Below are positions 18,439 to 29,395 of a stretch of 64,000 bases of DNA, one piece after another (the first letter of the stretch is position 1; each line of letters begins with the position of its first letter). The DNA lies in the NCBI GenBank assembly GCA_001915385.1, contig MNQK01000031.1, positions 133,166 through 197,165 of the forward strand, given 5' to 3'. The stretch is from Bacteroidales bacterium 52_46. GTDB taxonomy: Bacteria; Bacteroidota; Bacteroidia; Bacteroidales; Muribaculaceae. A program made the translations under genes and the position numbers. The notes beneath the pieces are model-generated. The model was given only the letters and a program-made list of their open reading frames with translations. It had not been told where the DNA came from and ran no database searches.

Positions 18439-20028
18439 TCAGACGGTTTGTGGTTTTGAATTTTTGAACAGATGCTCATAGAGCGCATCGGCCGCACGCT
18501 CTCCGTCGACAGCGGCCGAAACGATACCGCCCGCATAGCCCGCACCTTCGCCCGAGGGGAACAGACCGTCAACATTGACCGAACAGAGCGTCGCATCGTC
18601 GCGCACAATCCTTACAGGTGCCGAAGTGCGTGTCTCGCAACCGAGCACAATAGCCTTGTCGGTGAGAAATCCGCGCGACTTGCGGCCGAATTCCTCAAAT
18701 CCCTTGCGCAGGCGACTTGATATAAATTCGGGAAGGATGCGGTCGACACGTGCGGAATGGACTCCGGGGGCGTATGACGACGGCGGAAGCGACGCCGAGA
18801 GCCGTCCGGCCACGAAGTCGGTCATACGCTGCGCGGGAGCGTTCTGCGTGCGGTCGCTCTCCTCGTAAAATTTCTTTTCTATTTCCTCCTGGAGCGCCAT
18901 TATCTTCAAAGGCCCCATATAGTCCGTGACATCATCGGGAAGTATTTCCACCACCATGCCCGAATTGGCCCATTTAGTGCCGCGCGAAGCGGGCGACATG
19001 CCGTTGACAGCCTGCTGGTCGGGACCGCTTGCCGAAGGGATGACAAACCCGCCGGGACACATGCAGAACGAATATACGGCACGGTCGGCCACACGTGTAA
19101 GCATCGAGTACTCCGCCGCGGGCAGGTATTTGCCGCGTCCCTGCGGATTGTGATACTGAATTGAGTCGATGAGCTGCTGCGGGTGCTCCAGACGCACGCC
19201 TATGGCTATGCCTTTCGGCTCGATGGCCACTCCGCTGTCGAGGAGCATCCGGTAGGTGTCGCGCGCCGAATGTCCGGTAGCGAGAATGACCGGGCCGCGA
19301 TACGTATCGCCCGACGCTGTACGTACGCCGTCGATGCGCAGTGAGCCGCCATCTTCGGCAAGCAGCAATTCGGTGACACGTGCGCCGAAGTGAATTTCGC
19401 CGCCACAACGTATTATCGTTTCGCGCATAGTTTTGATTACCCCCGGCAGACGGTCGGTGCCGATATGCGGATGGGCGTCCACAAGTATGTCGGCCGACGC
19501 GCCATGCTGACAGAATATCTGCAATATTTTCTCGACATTGCCGCGTTTTTTAGAACGCGTGTAGAGTTTGCCGTCGGAAAAAGCACCCGCACCACCCTCG
19601 CCGAAACAGTAATTGGAGTCGGGGTCGACAATATTGTTGCGGGCAATCTGAGCCATATCCACACGACGGGCGTCAACATCTTTGCCGCGCTCGAGAACGA
19701 CCGGACGCACGCCAAGCTCGATTAGCCTCAGGGCCGCGAACAGTCCGGCGGGGCCGGCACCGACCACAACGGCCTGCGGGGCCGCACTTACGTCGCCGTA
19801 GCTCACAGGGCGGAGCAGCGGTGACTGCGGGGCATCTTCCCCGACGTAGACATCGACCGTAAGATTGACCATGACGCGGCGCTGACGCGCGTCGATGGAA
19901 CGTTTTTTCACTACGATGTCGTGTATCGAATTGGCGTCGACACCAAGTACGGTCGAGGCCTGAGCTTTAAGAAGCAAAGGAGTGGCGGCAGTGCGCGGGT
20001 CGACGCGGAGTTGCAGGTTATGTATCAT
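18439..20028 (-). CDS. FAD-dependent oxidoreductase (COG2509-like NAD(FAD)-utilising dehydrogenase)
   Basis: Dinucleotide-binding motif VVVGAGPAGLFAA. C-terminal FAD-dependent protein domain. Confidence 0.8.
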   Translation of the reverse strand: MIHNLQLRVDPRTAATPLLLKAQASTVLGVDANSIHDIVVKKRSIDARQRRVMVNLTVDVYVGEDAPQSPLLRPVSYGDVSAAPQAVVVGAGPAGLFAALRLIELGVRPVVLERGKDVDARRVDMAQIARNNIVDPDSNYCFGEGGAGAFSDGKLYTRSKKRGNVEKILQIFCQHGASADILVDAHPHIGTDRLPGVIKTMRETIIRCGGEIHFGARVTELLLAEDGGSLRIDGVRTASGDTYRGPVILATGHSARDTYRMLLDSGVAIEPKGIAIGVRLEHPQQLIDSIQYHNPQGRGKYLPAAEYSMLTRVADRAVYSFCMCPGGFVIPSASGPDQQAVNGMSPASRGTKWANSGMVVEILPDDVTDYMGPLKIMALQEEIEKKFYEESDRTQNAPAQRMTDFVAGRLSASLPPSSYAPGVHSARVDRILPEFISSRLRKGFEEFGRKSRGFLTDKAIVLGCETRTSAPVRIVRDDATLCSVNVDGLFPSGEGAGYAGGIVSAAVDGERAADALYEHLFKNSKPQTV

Positions 20029-20044
20029 AATAAGGAATCAGAAT

Positions 20045-21448
20045 TTATAGGGGTGTGGCTGACGGCGCCGACATGAATTTGCGGTTCTGCCGACGCATCA
20101 TTATAATAAGTGTTATCACCGCCACGACGAACGCAAGGAAATCGGACGCCGCCATGCTTGCCCAGACACCGTCAATGCCGAAGAATGCGGGCAGTATGAG
20201 CAGAAACGGTATGAGGAAAAGCAGCTGTCGGGTAAGCGAAAGGAATATAGACAGCTTCGGTTTGCCGATTGACTGGAAAAAGTTGGTAATGATAATCTGG
20301 CAGCCAACAACCGGGAAACAGATAAAATAGACGCGGAAACCGTTGCGGGCGATGTCGACAAGCTGACAGTCGACAGTGAAGAATCCGCTGATAGTATCGG
20401 GGAACAGTTCGGTCACCACCCACCCGACAGTGGTGATGCATACGCCGATAAAAATACCTTTTCGGAGCGTCTGCTTCACGCGTTCCCACTTGCCGGCGCC
20501 GTAGTTGAATCCAAGAATGGGCTGCATGCCCTGCGTCACACCGAACACTATCATTACGAAGAACATCGTCGTACGGTTTATGATACCGTATGCGCCTACC
20601 GCAAGGTTGCCGTCGGAGCCCGCGCAGTCAAGCAGCGCCCTGTTGAGGAACACCACCACGACGCATGCGCACACGTTCATCAGGAACGGCGACATGCCGA
20701 TGGCGTAGATGCGCCGGACTATCGCCCCCGAAAGCCAGCTCCGCTCGCGGCGGAAATGTATATAGCTGTTTTTCGACATGAAGTGACACAGCACCCATGT
20801 AAAGGCCGCCAACTGACCGCACACGGTGGCGAGCGCAGCGCCTCTGATGCCCCAGCCGAGCACGAATATGAAAACAGGGCACAGGGCAATGTTGACACCC
20901 ACGGAGAGGAGCGCCGACACCATCGCTTTGGCCGGATAACCCGTAGCACGCATCAGGTTGTTGAGCCCGATAAACACGTAGGCAATCGGGGTTCCCGCCA
21001 GGATGACCTGCATGAACTCGCGGGCGTAGGGCAGCGTCTCGGCCGTCGCGCCGAAGAACAGCAGTATCGGGTCGAGAAATATCAGCGTCAGTCCGCCGAA
21101 TATCAGCGAATGCACCAGGCAAAGGGTAAGCACATTGTTGATTACCTCAGATGCGCGGGCAATGTTTTTCTGCCCCATGAAGATGGAGGTGATGGTAGCT
21201 CCGCCGACAGCGATGAGCATACAGAACGCTATCACGAGGTTCATCAGCGGGAATGTGATTGCAAGGCCGGCGATAGCCATCGCCCCGACACCTCTGCCGA
21301 TGAAAATAGAGTCGATTATGTTGTAAAGCGAGGTGACGACACTGGCAATGACAGCCGGTACGGAATATTGCACCAAAAGGCGTCCGATAGGACGGGTTCC
21401 AAGAATAGTCGGGTCGGAATTGGGTCGTGATTCTTTCATACACTGCAA
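20045..21448 (-). CDS. MATE-family multidrug efflux transporter
   Basis: 467 aa with 12 predicted transmembrane helices. MATE-like N-terminus ...LLVQYSVPAVIASVVTSLYNIIDSIFIGR. Confidence 0.85.
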   Translation of the reverse strand: MQCMKESRPNSDPTILGTRPIGRLLVQYSVPAVIASVVTSLYNIIDSIFIGRGVGAMAIAGLAITFPLMNLVIAFCMLIAVGGATITSIFMGQKNIARASEVINNVLTLCLVHSLIFGGLTLIFLDPILLFFGATAETLPYAREFMQVILAGTPIAYVFIGLNNLMRATGYPAKAMVSALLSVGVNIALCPVFIFVLGWGIRGAALATVCGQLAAFTWVLCHFMSKNSYIHFRRERSWLSGAIVRRIYAIGMSPFLMNVCACVVVVFLNRALLDCAGSDGNLAVGAYGIINRTTMFFVMIVFGVTQGMQPILGFNYGAGKWERVKQTLRKGIFIGVCITTVGWVVTELFPDTISGFFTVDCQLVDIARNGFRVYFICFPVVGCQIIITNFFQSIGKPKLSIFLSLTRQLLFLIPFLLILPAFFGIDGVWASMAASDFLAFVVAVITLIIMMRRQNRKFMSAPSATPL

Positions 21449-21525
21449 AATTAACGCTTTATAATATGACTTTAGGTGAAAAAAGTCTTAATTTTGCAAT
21501 AATTTACAAAAAATAGCATATCACG

Positions 21526-22182
21526 ATGGATAGAAAAGTTGCCGTATTATTTGACCTTGACGGAGTATTAATCGACACAGAAGGCTTATATACAGAATTT
21601 TGGGCGCAGACAGGCCGTGAATTCGGAGTGCCCTCCCCCACTTTTGCCGCCGACATAAAGGGAACCACACTCAAAAGCATACTCAACTATTTCCCCGGCG
21701 ACGAACTTAAGGCGAAAGTGATGCAGCGGATACATGATTTCGAGGATACGATGCAATACCGGATGTTTCCGGGCGTAAGCGAATTTCTTACGGCACTTAA
21801 GGCTGCCGGCATACTGACGGCAATCGTCACGAGCAGCGACGAGGTGAAAATGTCATACCTGTACAAGCAGCTGCCGGTGCTTCGCGATATGGTCGACGAA
21901 GTTATTGACGCATCGATGGTGACCCGGTCGAAGCCCGACCCGCAGGGTTATCTCCTCGCAGCGGAAAAGCTCGGCTGCCGACCGGATGACTGCTACGTAT
22001 TCGAGGACTCGCTCCAGGGCCTTGAAGCCGGTCGCCGTGCCGGCGCGACAGTCATAGGCATTGCCACCACCAACCCCGCCGACACCGTACGCCCTCTTTG
22101 CGACTATCTCCTCCCCTCCTTCATAGGTTTCACCCCCGCCAGCCTGCTTGAAATCAAGAAACAAATACGCCCGAGTTTGTAA
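21526..22182 (+). CDS. HAD-superfamily hydrolase (beta-phosphoglucomutase-like, subfamily IA)
   Basis: Motif I VLFDLDGVLIDTE. Motif III region ...FEDSLQGLEAGRRAG.... A TAATTTTG -7 motif lies at 21488-21495. Confidence 0.85.
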   Translation: MDRKVAVLFDLDGVLIDTEGLYTEFWAQTGREFGVPSPTFAADIKGTTLKSILNYFPGDELKAKVMQRIHDFEDTMQYRMFPGVSEFLTALKAAGILTAIVTSSDEVKMSYLYKQLPVLRDMVDEVIDASMVTRSKPDPQGYLLAAEKLGCRPDDCYVFEDSLQGLEAGRRAGATVIGIATTNPADTVRPLCDYLLPSFIGFTPASLLEIKKQIRPSL

Positions 22183-22219
22183 GGTCGCTATGTAATGCTA
22201 TTTACTTAAGGGGCAAGAT

Positions 22220-22300
22220 GTGGGGCGGGGGCGTCTCGCCCCCGTGGTATTATTTTTATATTCTGAAAGTTACCACGGGGGCGAGACGCCCCTGCCCCAT
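22220..22300. repeat. GC-rich palindromic REP-like element (family B), copy 2
   Basis: GGGGCGGGGGCGTCTCGCCCCCGTGG...CCACGGGGGCGAGACGCCCCTGCCCC. Confidence 0.8.
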
Positions 22301-22426
22301 TCAACCCAACTCAACTCAGCTTAGGTAAACAGCATTGGGACATTTGACCGCTAATTATAATTTTGCAATGCTTTTGACATCGATTGGGACATTGCTTCCT
22401 GTTAATCGGCCGTTAAGTATCCGGTC

Positions 22427-23203
22427 TCAGCGGAAGTCGTCGGGGGTGAGGGTCACATCTATGTGAAGTCCGGACTCTTTACCTGCGTAGCGGTAGATTA
22501 TGCCGCGGTCGGCACGTGCGAGATATTTGCCCGTAGCGTTTATCATGTCGTCACCGAGCAGTTCGGATTTGATTTCATTTTCAATTTCGACGGCATTGTC
22601 CGACAATACCTCCATATCATATATTTCCTCGTCGACATCGCATAAGAATACTATGTTGGAGCCGTCGTCAAAAACATCAATAAGGGTCATACCCTCCTCA
22701 ATCTCAGCGGGACAGAGCGCTTTGTTCGAATCGATTGTCTGTTTGATAATCATATCGGCGCTCTCCTCTTCGGTAAGAGGATTTTCATTCATCTCCTTAA
22801 TATCCGATGCAGGAATTTCCAATTCAACTTTTCTACCCGACTTGCTGCCCCTATATTTCGCCTTAAGTCCGACACCGCAATCGGTCATGAGTTCCACGAA
22901 CTTTTTAGAGTCGTCGCCCGACAACAAAGCGGGCAACACCGGACGTGCCTTTTCCTCAAATCCGTCAAAATCGAAAAAACCAAAGGCATCTTCATTGACA
23001 GTCAGATTAAATACAATTAACCGGCCATCCTCGTCATAGTCGACACTGTCGATACGTCCGAGAGAGCCCAATGACTGCGGACACGTAGCATTGTATTTGG
23101 CGATTTCTTTCTTCAAAGTTTCGATTTTGGAATCGGCACACCCGGGCAGAACAAGCAAGAGAGCCATGAGCGGCAACAGACATAGAGCAAAATACTTTTT
23201 CAT
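22427..23203 (-). CDS. Hypothetical lipoprotein (258 aa), acidic
   Basis: Signal peptide plus lipobox LVLPGCADS. No recognised motif. Confidence 0.6.
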   Translation of the reverse strand: MKKYFALCLLPLMALLLVLPGCADSKIETLKKEIAKYNATCPQSLGSLGRIDSVDYDEDGRLIVFNLTVNEDAFGFFDFDGFEEKARPVLPALLSGDDSKKFVELMTDCGVGLKAKYRGSKSGRKVELEIPASDIKEMNENPLTEEESADMIIKQTIDSNKALCPAEIEEGMTLIDVFDDGSNIVFLCDVDEEIYDMEVLSDNAVEIENEIKSELLGDDMINATGKYLARADRGIIYRYAGKESGLHIDVTLTPDDFR

Positions 23204-23320
23204 AATTATTTATTTAAATGATTGGTCGTTGTATATCGGCAAATGTAATTATAAAAAATAAATTTTCATGCAAAAATTCAATTTAATCAAGATAGAGTTG
23301 CGCTTTTTACGAAAAATCTG

Positions 23321-23328
23321 TACCTTTG
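23321..23328 (+). promoter_or_regulatory. Bacteroidetes -7 promoter motif (TACCTTTG) upstream of guaB
   Basis: Matches TAnnTTTG. A TTG lies about 21 bp upstream. Confidence 0.45.
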
Positions 23329-23338
23329 CATGCAATAA

Positions 23339-24838
<1,500 letters not shown>

Positions 24839-25048
24839 TCGACACGGCTTCATCGTCAAGATGAATGAAACATACCGACAATATTAAGAATCCTGACGCG
24901 GTGCAATCATCAATCATGCCGCATCAGGATTTTTCATTCCAATTGCTTTTATTATCATCCGGATTATAATAAATCGCTACCGGCTCCGTTAATATTAAGT
25001 AACAATCATACGTAACAAGAAAATAAAAACCGTAATCTAAAGACAATA

Positions 25049-27013
25049 ATGAAAAAAGTACTTTTGTCGCTGACTATCGCTGCATTGGGCGGACTGAGCC
25101 TGTCGGCTGCGTCGAAGGACGCCGACCCGGTGCTTATGACTGTCAACAAAAAGCCTGTCAAACTCAGCGAATTCGCGTATCTCTATCAGAAAAACAACGC
25201 GCAGCAGCTTGCCACGCAGCCTATCGACGAGTATCTCGACCTTTTCGTGGTGTATAAACTCAAGGTTGCCGACGCCGAAGCTGCCGGCATAGCTGAAAAC
25301 GAGGCGTTCGTCAACGAATACGCAGGCTACAAACGTGACCTTTCCGAGCCCTATCTGGTCGACCAGGCAGCACGCGACAGCCTCGTGCACAGCATATACG
25401 ACCGGTTGAAGACCGAAGTCGACGTAAGCCATATCATGGTGGAACGTCCCTACGGCGCAAAAGCCACCGCTGCCAAGAAAGCGATGCTCGACAGCCTCCG
25501 TACCGAAATAATCGCCGGTCGCGCTGATTTCGCCACAGTGGCCGATACCTACTCCATCGACCCCGCAGCAAAGCAGAACCACGGCCACATGGGTTATATC
25601 GTGGCAGGAGCTTTCCCCTATACGTTCGAGGATGCTGCCTACTCTACAGCCGTCGGTGAAATTTCGCCTGTCATCGAGACACAGTTCGGCTACCACATCG
25701 TGAAGGTCAACGCCACCCGCAAGGCCCAGGGTCAGGTGAAAGTGCAGCACATACTGAAACTCACCCGCGGACTCAGCGAGGAGGAGCAGACTGTCAAGAA
25801 AGCGCAGATCGACTCACTCTACACAGTGCTCAAGAACGGCGCCGACTTCGACGAAGTAGCCAAAGCCGAGAGCGAGGATCCGGGTTCGGCACGCAACGGC
25901 GGCCGCATGGACTGGTTCTCGACCGGCCGCATGGTGCCCGAATTTGAGGCAACATCATTCGCCCTGGCCAACGGAGAGATTTCCGAACCGTTTGCCACAG
26001 CCTACGGCTATCATATCGTGAAACGCCTCGACTGGAAACAGATTGACTCATACGAGGATATGGCACCGCGCATCAACGCAATGATTGACCGCGACGACCG
26101 CCAGTACATCCCCGTACGTGCAAAGACCCGCCAACTCCGCGCCAAATACAACACAACCATCAATCAGGCCATAGTAGATGACGTCCGCAACACAATCTCG
26201 CAATACGGACGCCTCGACTCCACGCTTGTAGCGTCGCTTGTGGCCGACGAACGCACCATCATCACTCTCGACGGTGCCGACGAGGAGATAACCGTAGGCG
26301 ACATCTTCGCCGCTCTCCCCTCCCACTTCAGCGCGATGCCTGCCGACGATGCCAACGGCTCGTTCCTCCAGCGACTTGAGGAAGTGGCCGACGAAGCATC
26401 TGTCAACGCCGAGCGCGAGAATCTGGCAAAAGAGAACACGGAGTACCGCAACCTGCTCAACGAATACCGCGACGGCATGCTGCTGTTTGAAATCAGCGAC
26501 CGCAACGTGTGGACCCGCTCCAAAGAGGATACCGAAGGTATCAAGGCATATTTCGATGCCAACAAGGCGAAATACGCTACATGGACAGTTCCCAAATTCA
26601 AGGGGTACGTAGTGTTCGCCACAAGCGACTCAATCAAGGATGCCGCACAAAGCTACATAGCTGCCAACAATATCGCCAACGAAAATCTTGTAGAAGCACT
26701 CCGCGGCGAGTTCGGCAAGGATGTGAAAGTGGAACGCGTGCTCGCAGCCGAAGGTGACAACGCCATAATCGACGGCCTTGCATTCGGCAAACCTGCCCCC
26801 TCTCCCACCGGCAAATGGATTGCCTACTTCGCCCACGCAGGCAAGGTTATCGACCAGCCCGAAGAGGTTGCCGACGAACGCGGCGCCATAACCACCGACT
26901 ACCAGAACGCTCTCGAACAGGAGTGGATCAAATCGCTCAAAAAGAAGTACAAGGTAAAAGTAAACCAAAAAGTACTCAAGGAATACAAAGCCTCAATAGA
27001 AGCAACAAAATAA
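25049..27013 (+). CDS. Periplasmic peptidyl-prolyl cis-trans isomerase, SurA-like with two parvulin domains
   Basis: Signal peptide. Two PpiC-type rotamase segments (...GYHIVKV... and ...YGYHIVKRL...). Confidence 0.85.
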   Translation: MKKVLLSLTIAALGGLSLSAASKDADPVLMTVNKKPVKLSEFAYLYQKNNAQQLATQPIDEYLDLFVVYKLKVADAEAAGIAENEAFVNEYAGYKRDLSEPYLVDQAARDSLVHSIYDRLKTEVDVSHIMVERPYGAKATAAKKAMLDSLRTEIIAGRADFATVADTYSIDPAAKQNHGHMGYIVAGAFPYTFEDAAYSTAVGEISPVIETQFGYHIVKVNATRKAQGQVKVQHILKLTRGLSEEEQTVKKAQIDSLYTVLKNGADFDEVAKAESEDPGSARNGGRMDWFSTGRMVPEFEATSFALANGEISEPFATAYGYHIVKRLDWKQIDSYEDMAPRINAMIDRDDRQYIPVRAKTRQLRAKYNTTINQAIVDDVRNTISQYGRLDSTLVASLVADERTIITLDGADEEITVGDIFAALPSHFSAMPADDANGSFLQRLEEVADEASVNAERENLAKENTEYRNLLNEYRDGMLLFEISDRNVWTRSKEDTEGIKAYFDANKAKYATWTVPKFKGYVVFATSDSIKDAAQSYIAANNIANENLVEALRGEFGKDVKVERVLAAEGDNAIIDGLAFGKPAPSPTGKWIAYFAHAGKVIDQPEEVADERGAITTDYQNALEQEWIKSLKKKYKVKVNQKVLKEYKASIEATK

Positions 27014-27046
27014 TCCCACTCTCCATTCGTCACAAATCCAACCAAC

Positions 27047-27075
27047 GAGGCCGCGCTTGAAAGCGCGGCCTCTTT
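27047..27075 (+). terminator. Rho-independent terminator after the SurA-like gene
   Basis: GAGGCCGCGC-TTGAAA-GCGCGGCCTC followed by TTTG. Confidence 0.6.
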
Positions 27076-27365
27076 GAGTATATATTATTACACAAAAAGT
27101 TAGAAATCGCCTAAATTCAAAGTCGAGTTGTAAAATTGATATTGACGGCTGCATGGTGTATGGCTGCTTCCCGGAACTGCCGATAGTGCAGACTGATTAT
27201 CTTCAACTTGGCGCTGCGCCTGGGTGCAGTCTTACAATTCACTCATAACCAATAAGTTTGTCAGGTGAATAGTTACCTCTAAATCGAGGCTCTATGAAAT
27301 TTTCTTAAAAATTTGGTTATATCCGAAATTGTTTGTAATTTTACGAACAACAAATAAGGAGTAAT

Positions 27366-27695
27366 ATGACGAAATTAGAGATAACGCATGAACAGGAACG
27401 GCTTGCAAGATTTGCTAAAGCCATGGGGCATCCCACCCGCATCGCCATTCTGCACTTCCTCGCACAAAGAAACGAGTGTTTCTTCGGCGACATACACGAA
27501 GTGCTCCCGATAGCTAAAGCAACCGTGTCGCAACATCTTAGCGAGCTGAAAGAAGCGGGCCTGATACAAGGCACAATCGAACCTCCTAAGGTAAAGTATT
27601 GCATCAACTCCGAAAACTGGCAACTTGCCAGACAACTGTTTTCACAGATGCTTGACGAATGCTGTCCTTCAAAAAAGAATAGCTGCTGCTCGTAG
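27366..27695 (+). CDS. ArsR/SmtB-family metalloregulator
   Basis: HTH motif HPTRIAILHFL...CFFGDIHEVLPIAKATVSQHLSELKEAGLI. Cys-rich C-terminus. Confidence 0.85.
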   Translation: MTKLEITHEQERLARFAKAMGHPTRIAILHFLAQRNECFFGDIHEVLPIAKATVSQHLSELKEAGLIQGTIEPPKVKYCINSENWQLARQLFSQMLDECCPSKKNSCCS

Positions 27696-27759
27696 CGCTA
27701 TTTTTTTACGGCCAATGTTCGTAATTCGACAAACAACAACCCAAACAAATATATTCAAT

Positions 27760-28185
27760 ATGAAAAAATTACTGATGATTTTCGCCCTGATTACAGGGCT
27801 GATGTCATGCGCAGGCGGGGAGAAAACCGCTGACGCACCAACTACTGAAACAGATAGAGTAGAAGTCATTTACTTCCATGGCAAGCAACGTTGCGCAACT
27901 TGCAAAGCTATCGAAAACCGTACAAAGGAAGTTGTAAATTCTATGTTCGCAAACGAATTACAAAATGGCGCACTGGTAATCAGGACCATTGATATTTCCA
28001 CTCCCGAAGGTGAGCAACTCGCGGATAAATATGAAGTGGCTTGGTCATCTCTCTTTGTCAACAGGTGGGAAAACGGTAAAGAGACCCGCAACAACATGAC
28101 GGAATTCGGTTTTGGCAATGCGCGAAATAATCCTGAAGTTTTCAAAACAGGGCTTGCCGACAAAATACGCGAATCACTACAATAA
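27760..28185 (+). CDS. Thioredoxin-fold lipoprotein with CxxC motif
   Basis: Lipobox LMSCAGG. CATC redox motif. The start is taken at the internal MKKLLM. Confidence 0.6.
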   Translation: MKKLLMIFALITGLMSCAGGEKTADAPTTETDRVEVIYFHGKQRCATCKAIENRTKEVVNSMFANELQNGALVIRTIDISTPEGEQLADKYEVAWSSLFVNRWENGKETRNNMTEFGFGNARNNPEVFKTGLADKIRESLQ

Positions 28186-28892
28186 TGGACTGGTTACAAA
28201 CATTGCTCGACAACAGCACGGCTCCGGCTCTGACCGCCTTCCTCCTCGGATTGCTCACCGCGATTTCGCCGTGCCCCCTTGCGACCAACATAGCGGCAAT
28301 AGGTTATATAAGCAGGGATATTGAAAACCGGGGACGTATTTTCCGAAACGGGGTGCTTTATACCGTCGGACGAATCATTGCTTATACCATACTCGGCATT
28401 GTACTTATCTCAATACTGAAAGAGGGCGCAAGTGTATTCGGCATACAGAAAGCCATAGGGAAATGGGGTGAGATTTTGATTGGTCCGCTGCTTTTGCTAA
28501 TCGGACTTTTCATGCTGTTCGGGCACAAACTGAATATTCCACAGTTCGGTTTCGGTGGCAAGGGTGAAGGACTTGCCCGGAATGGTGGCCGGGGAGCATT
28601 GTTGCTCGGAGTGCTGTTCGCGATGGCTTTCTGCCCCACAAGTGGTATTTTCTACTTCGGCATGCTCATACCTATGTCAGTAAATGCAAGTGCAGGGTGG
28701 CTTTTACCCGTATTGTTTGCTGTCGCAACCGCGCTCCCGGTGCTTGCAGTTGCATGGATTCTCGCTTTCAGCTTTGAAAAGGTCGGCGAGTTCTACGGTA
28801 AACTGCGTATTGTTCAGAAATGGCTCAACATTATTGTCGGTGTCATTTTCATCGTGACAGGCATATATTACTGCATAATGATATACTTATAA
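28185..28892 (+). CDS. CcdA/DsbD-family thiol:disulfide transmembrane electron-transfer protein
   Basis: Six predicted transmembrane helices. Conserved Cys in ISPCPL and AFCPTSG. Confidence 0.75.
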   Translation: MDWLQTLLDNSTAPALTAFLLGLLTAISPCPLATNIAAIGYISRDIENRGRIFRNGVLYTVGRIIAYTILGIVLISILKEGASVFGIQKAIGKWGEILIGPLLLLIGLFMLFGHKLNIPQFGFGGKGEGLARNGGRGALLLGVLFAMAFCPTSGIFYFGMLIPMSVNASAGWLLPVLFAVATALPVLAVAWILAFSFEKVGEFYGKLRIVQKWLNIIVGVIFIVTGIYYCIMIYL

Positions 28893-28909
28893 CTGTAAAA
28901 CGAAAAAAC

Positions 28910-29332
28910 ATGGATAAAAAAGAATCAAAGAAAGGGTTTTGGTCAACTCTTTTCGCGCCCAAAAAGAAAAGCTGTTGCTGCAACAGCAATATAATCGTGG
29001 AAGACGATGTGAAACCTATTCAGTCGTGCGTCTGCTCAGGTGAATTGGCAGAATCCGCTGAAACCACTTGTTGTGCTGCTGCTCCCGGCGCAAAGGTCAG
29101 CGAGGTGCTTGTACTCGGCCCCGGATGCGCCAAATGCAAGGAGACATACAGGGTAGTTGAGCGTGTAGTCAGTGAGAACAATCTTGATGTCAAACTTTCC
29201 AAAATAGAGGATATAGCCGAGATGATGAGCTATAACATAATGACTACACCAGCAGTGGTAGTTGACGGAACTGTGAGAATCAAGGGGCATGTTCCAACCA
29301 CAGATGAAGTGAGGAAGGCATTCGGAATATAA
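28910..29332 (+). CDS. Thioredoxin-family protein (redox-active disulfide protein 2-like)
   Basis: GPGCAKC active-site motif. About 140 aa. The start is taken at MDKKES. Confidence 0.7.
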   Translation: MDKKESKKGFWSTLFAPKKKSCCCNSNIIVEDDVKPIQSCVCSGELAESAETTCCAAAPGAKVSEVLVLGPGCAKCKETYRVVERVVSENNLDVKLSKIEDIAEMMSYNIMTTPAVVVDGTVRIKGHVPTTDEVRKAFGI

Positions 29333-29395
29333 TCAGAACACAAAAAGCATAGTCATGAACACAAAAAAGGAAGTAAATTCCTGATATGGATCGTT

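Noticed and set aside
18906-19408. Several Arg-rich ORFs in both strands inside the FAD oxidoreductase gene
   Set aside because: High-GC coding DNA produces long spurious frames. The minus-strand 529-aa ORF has the dinucleotide-binding motif.
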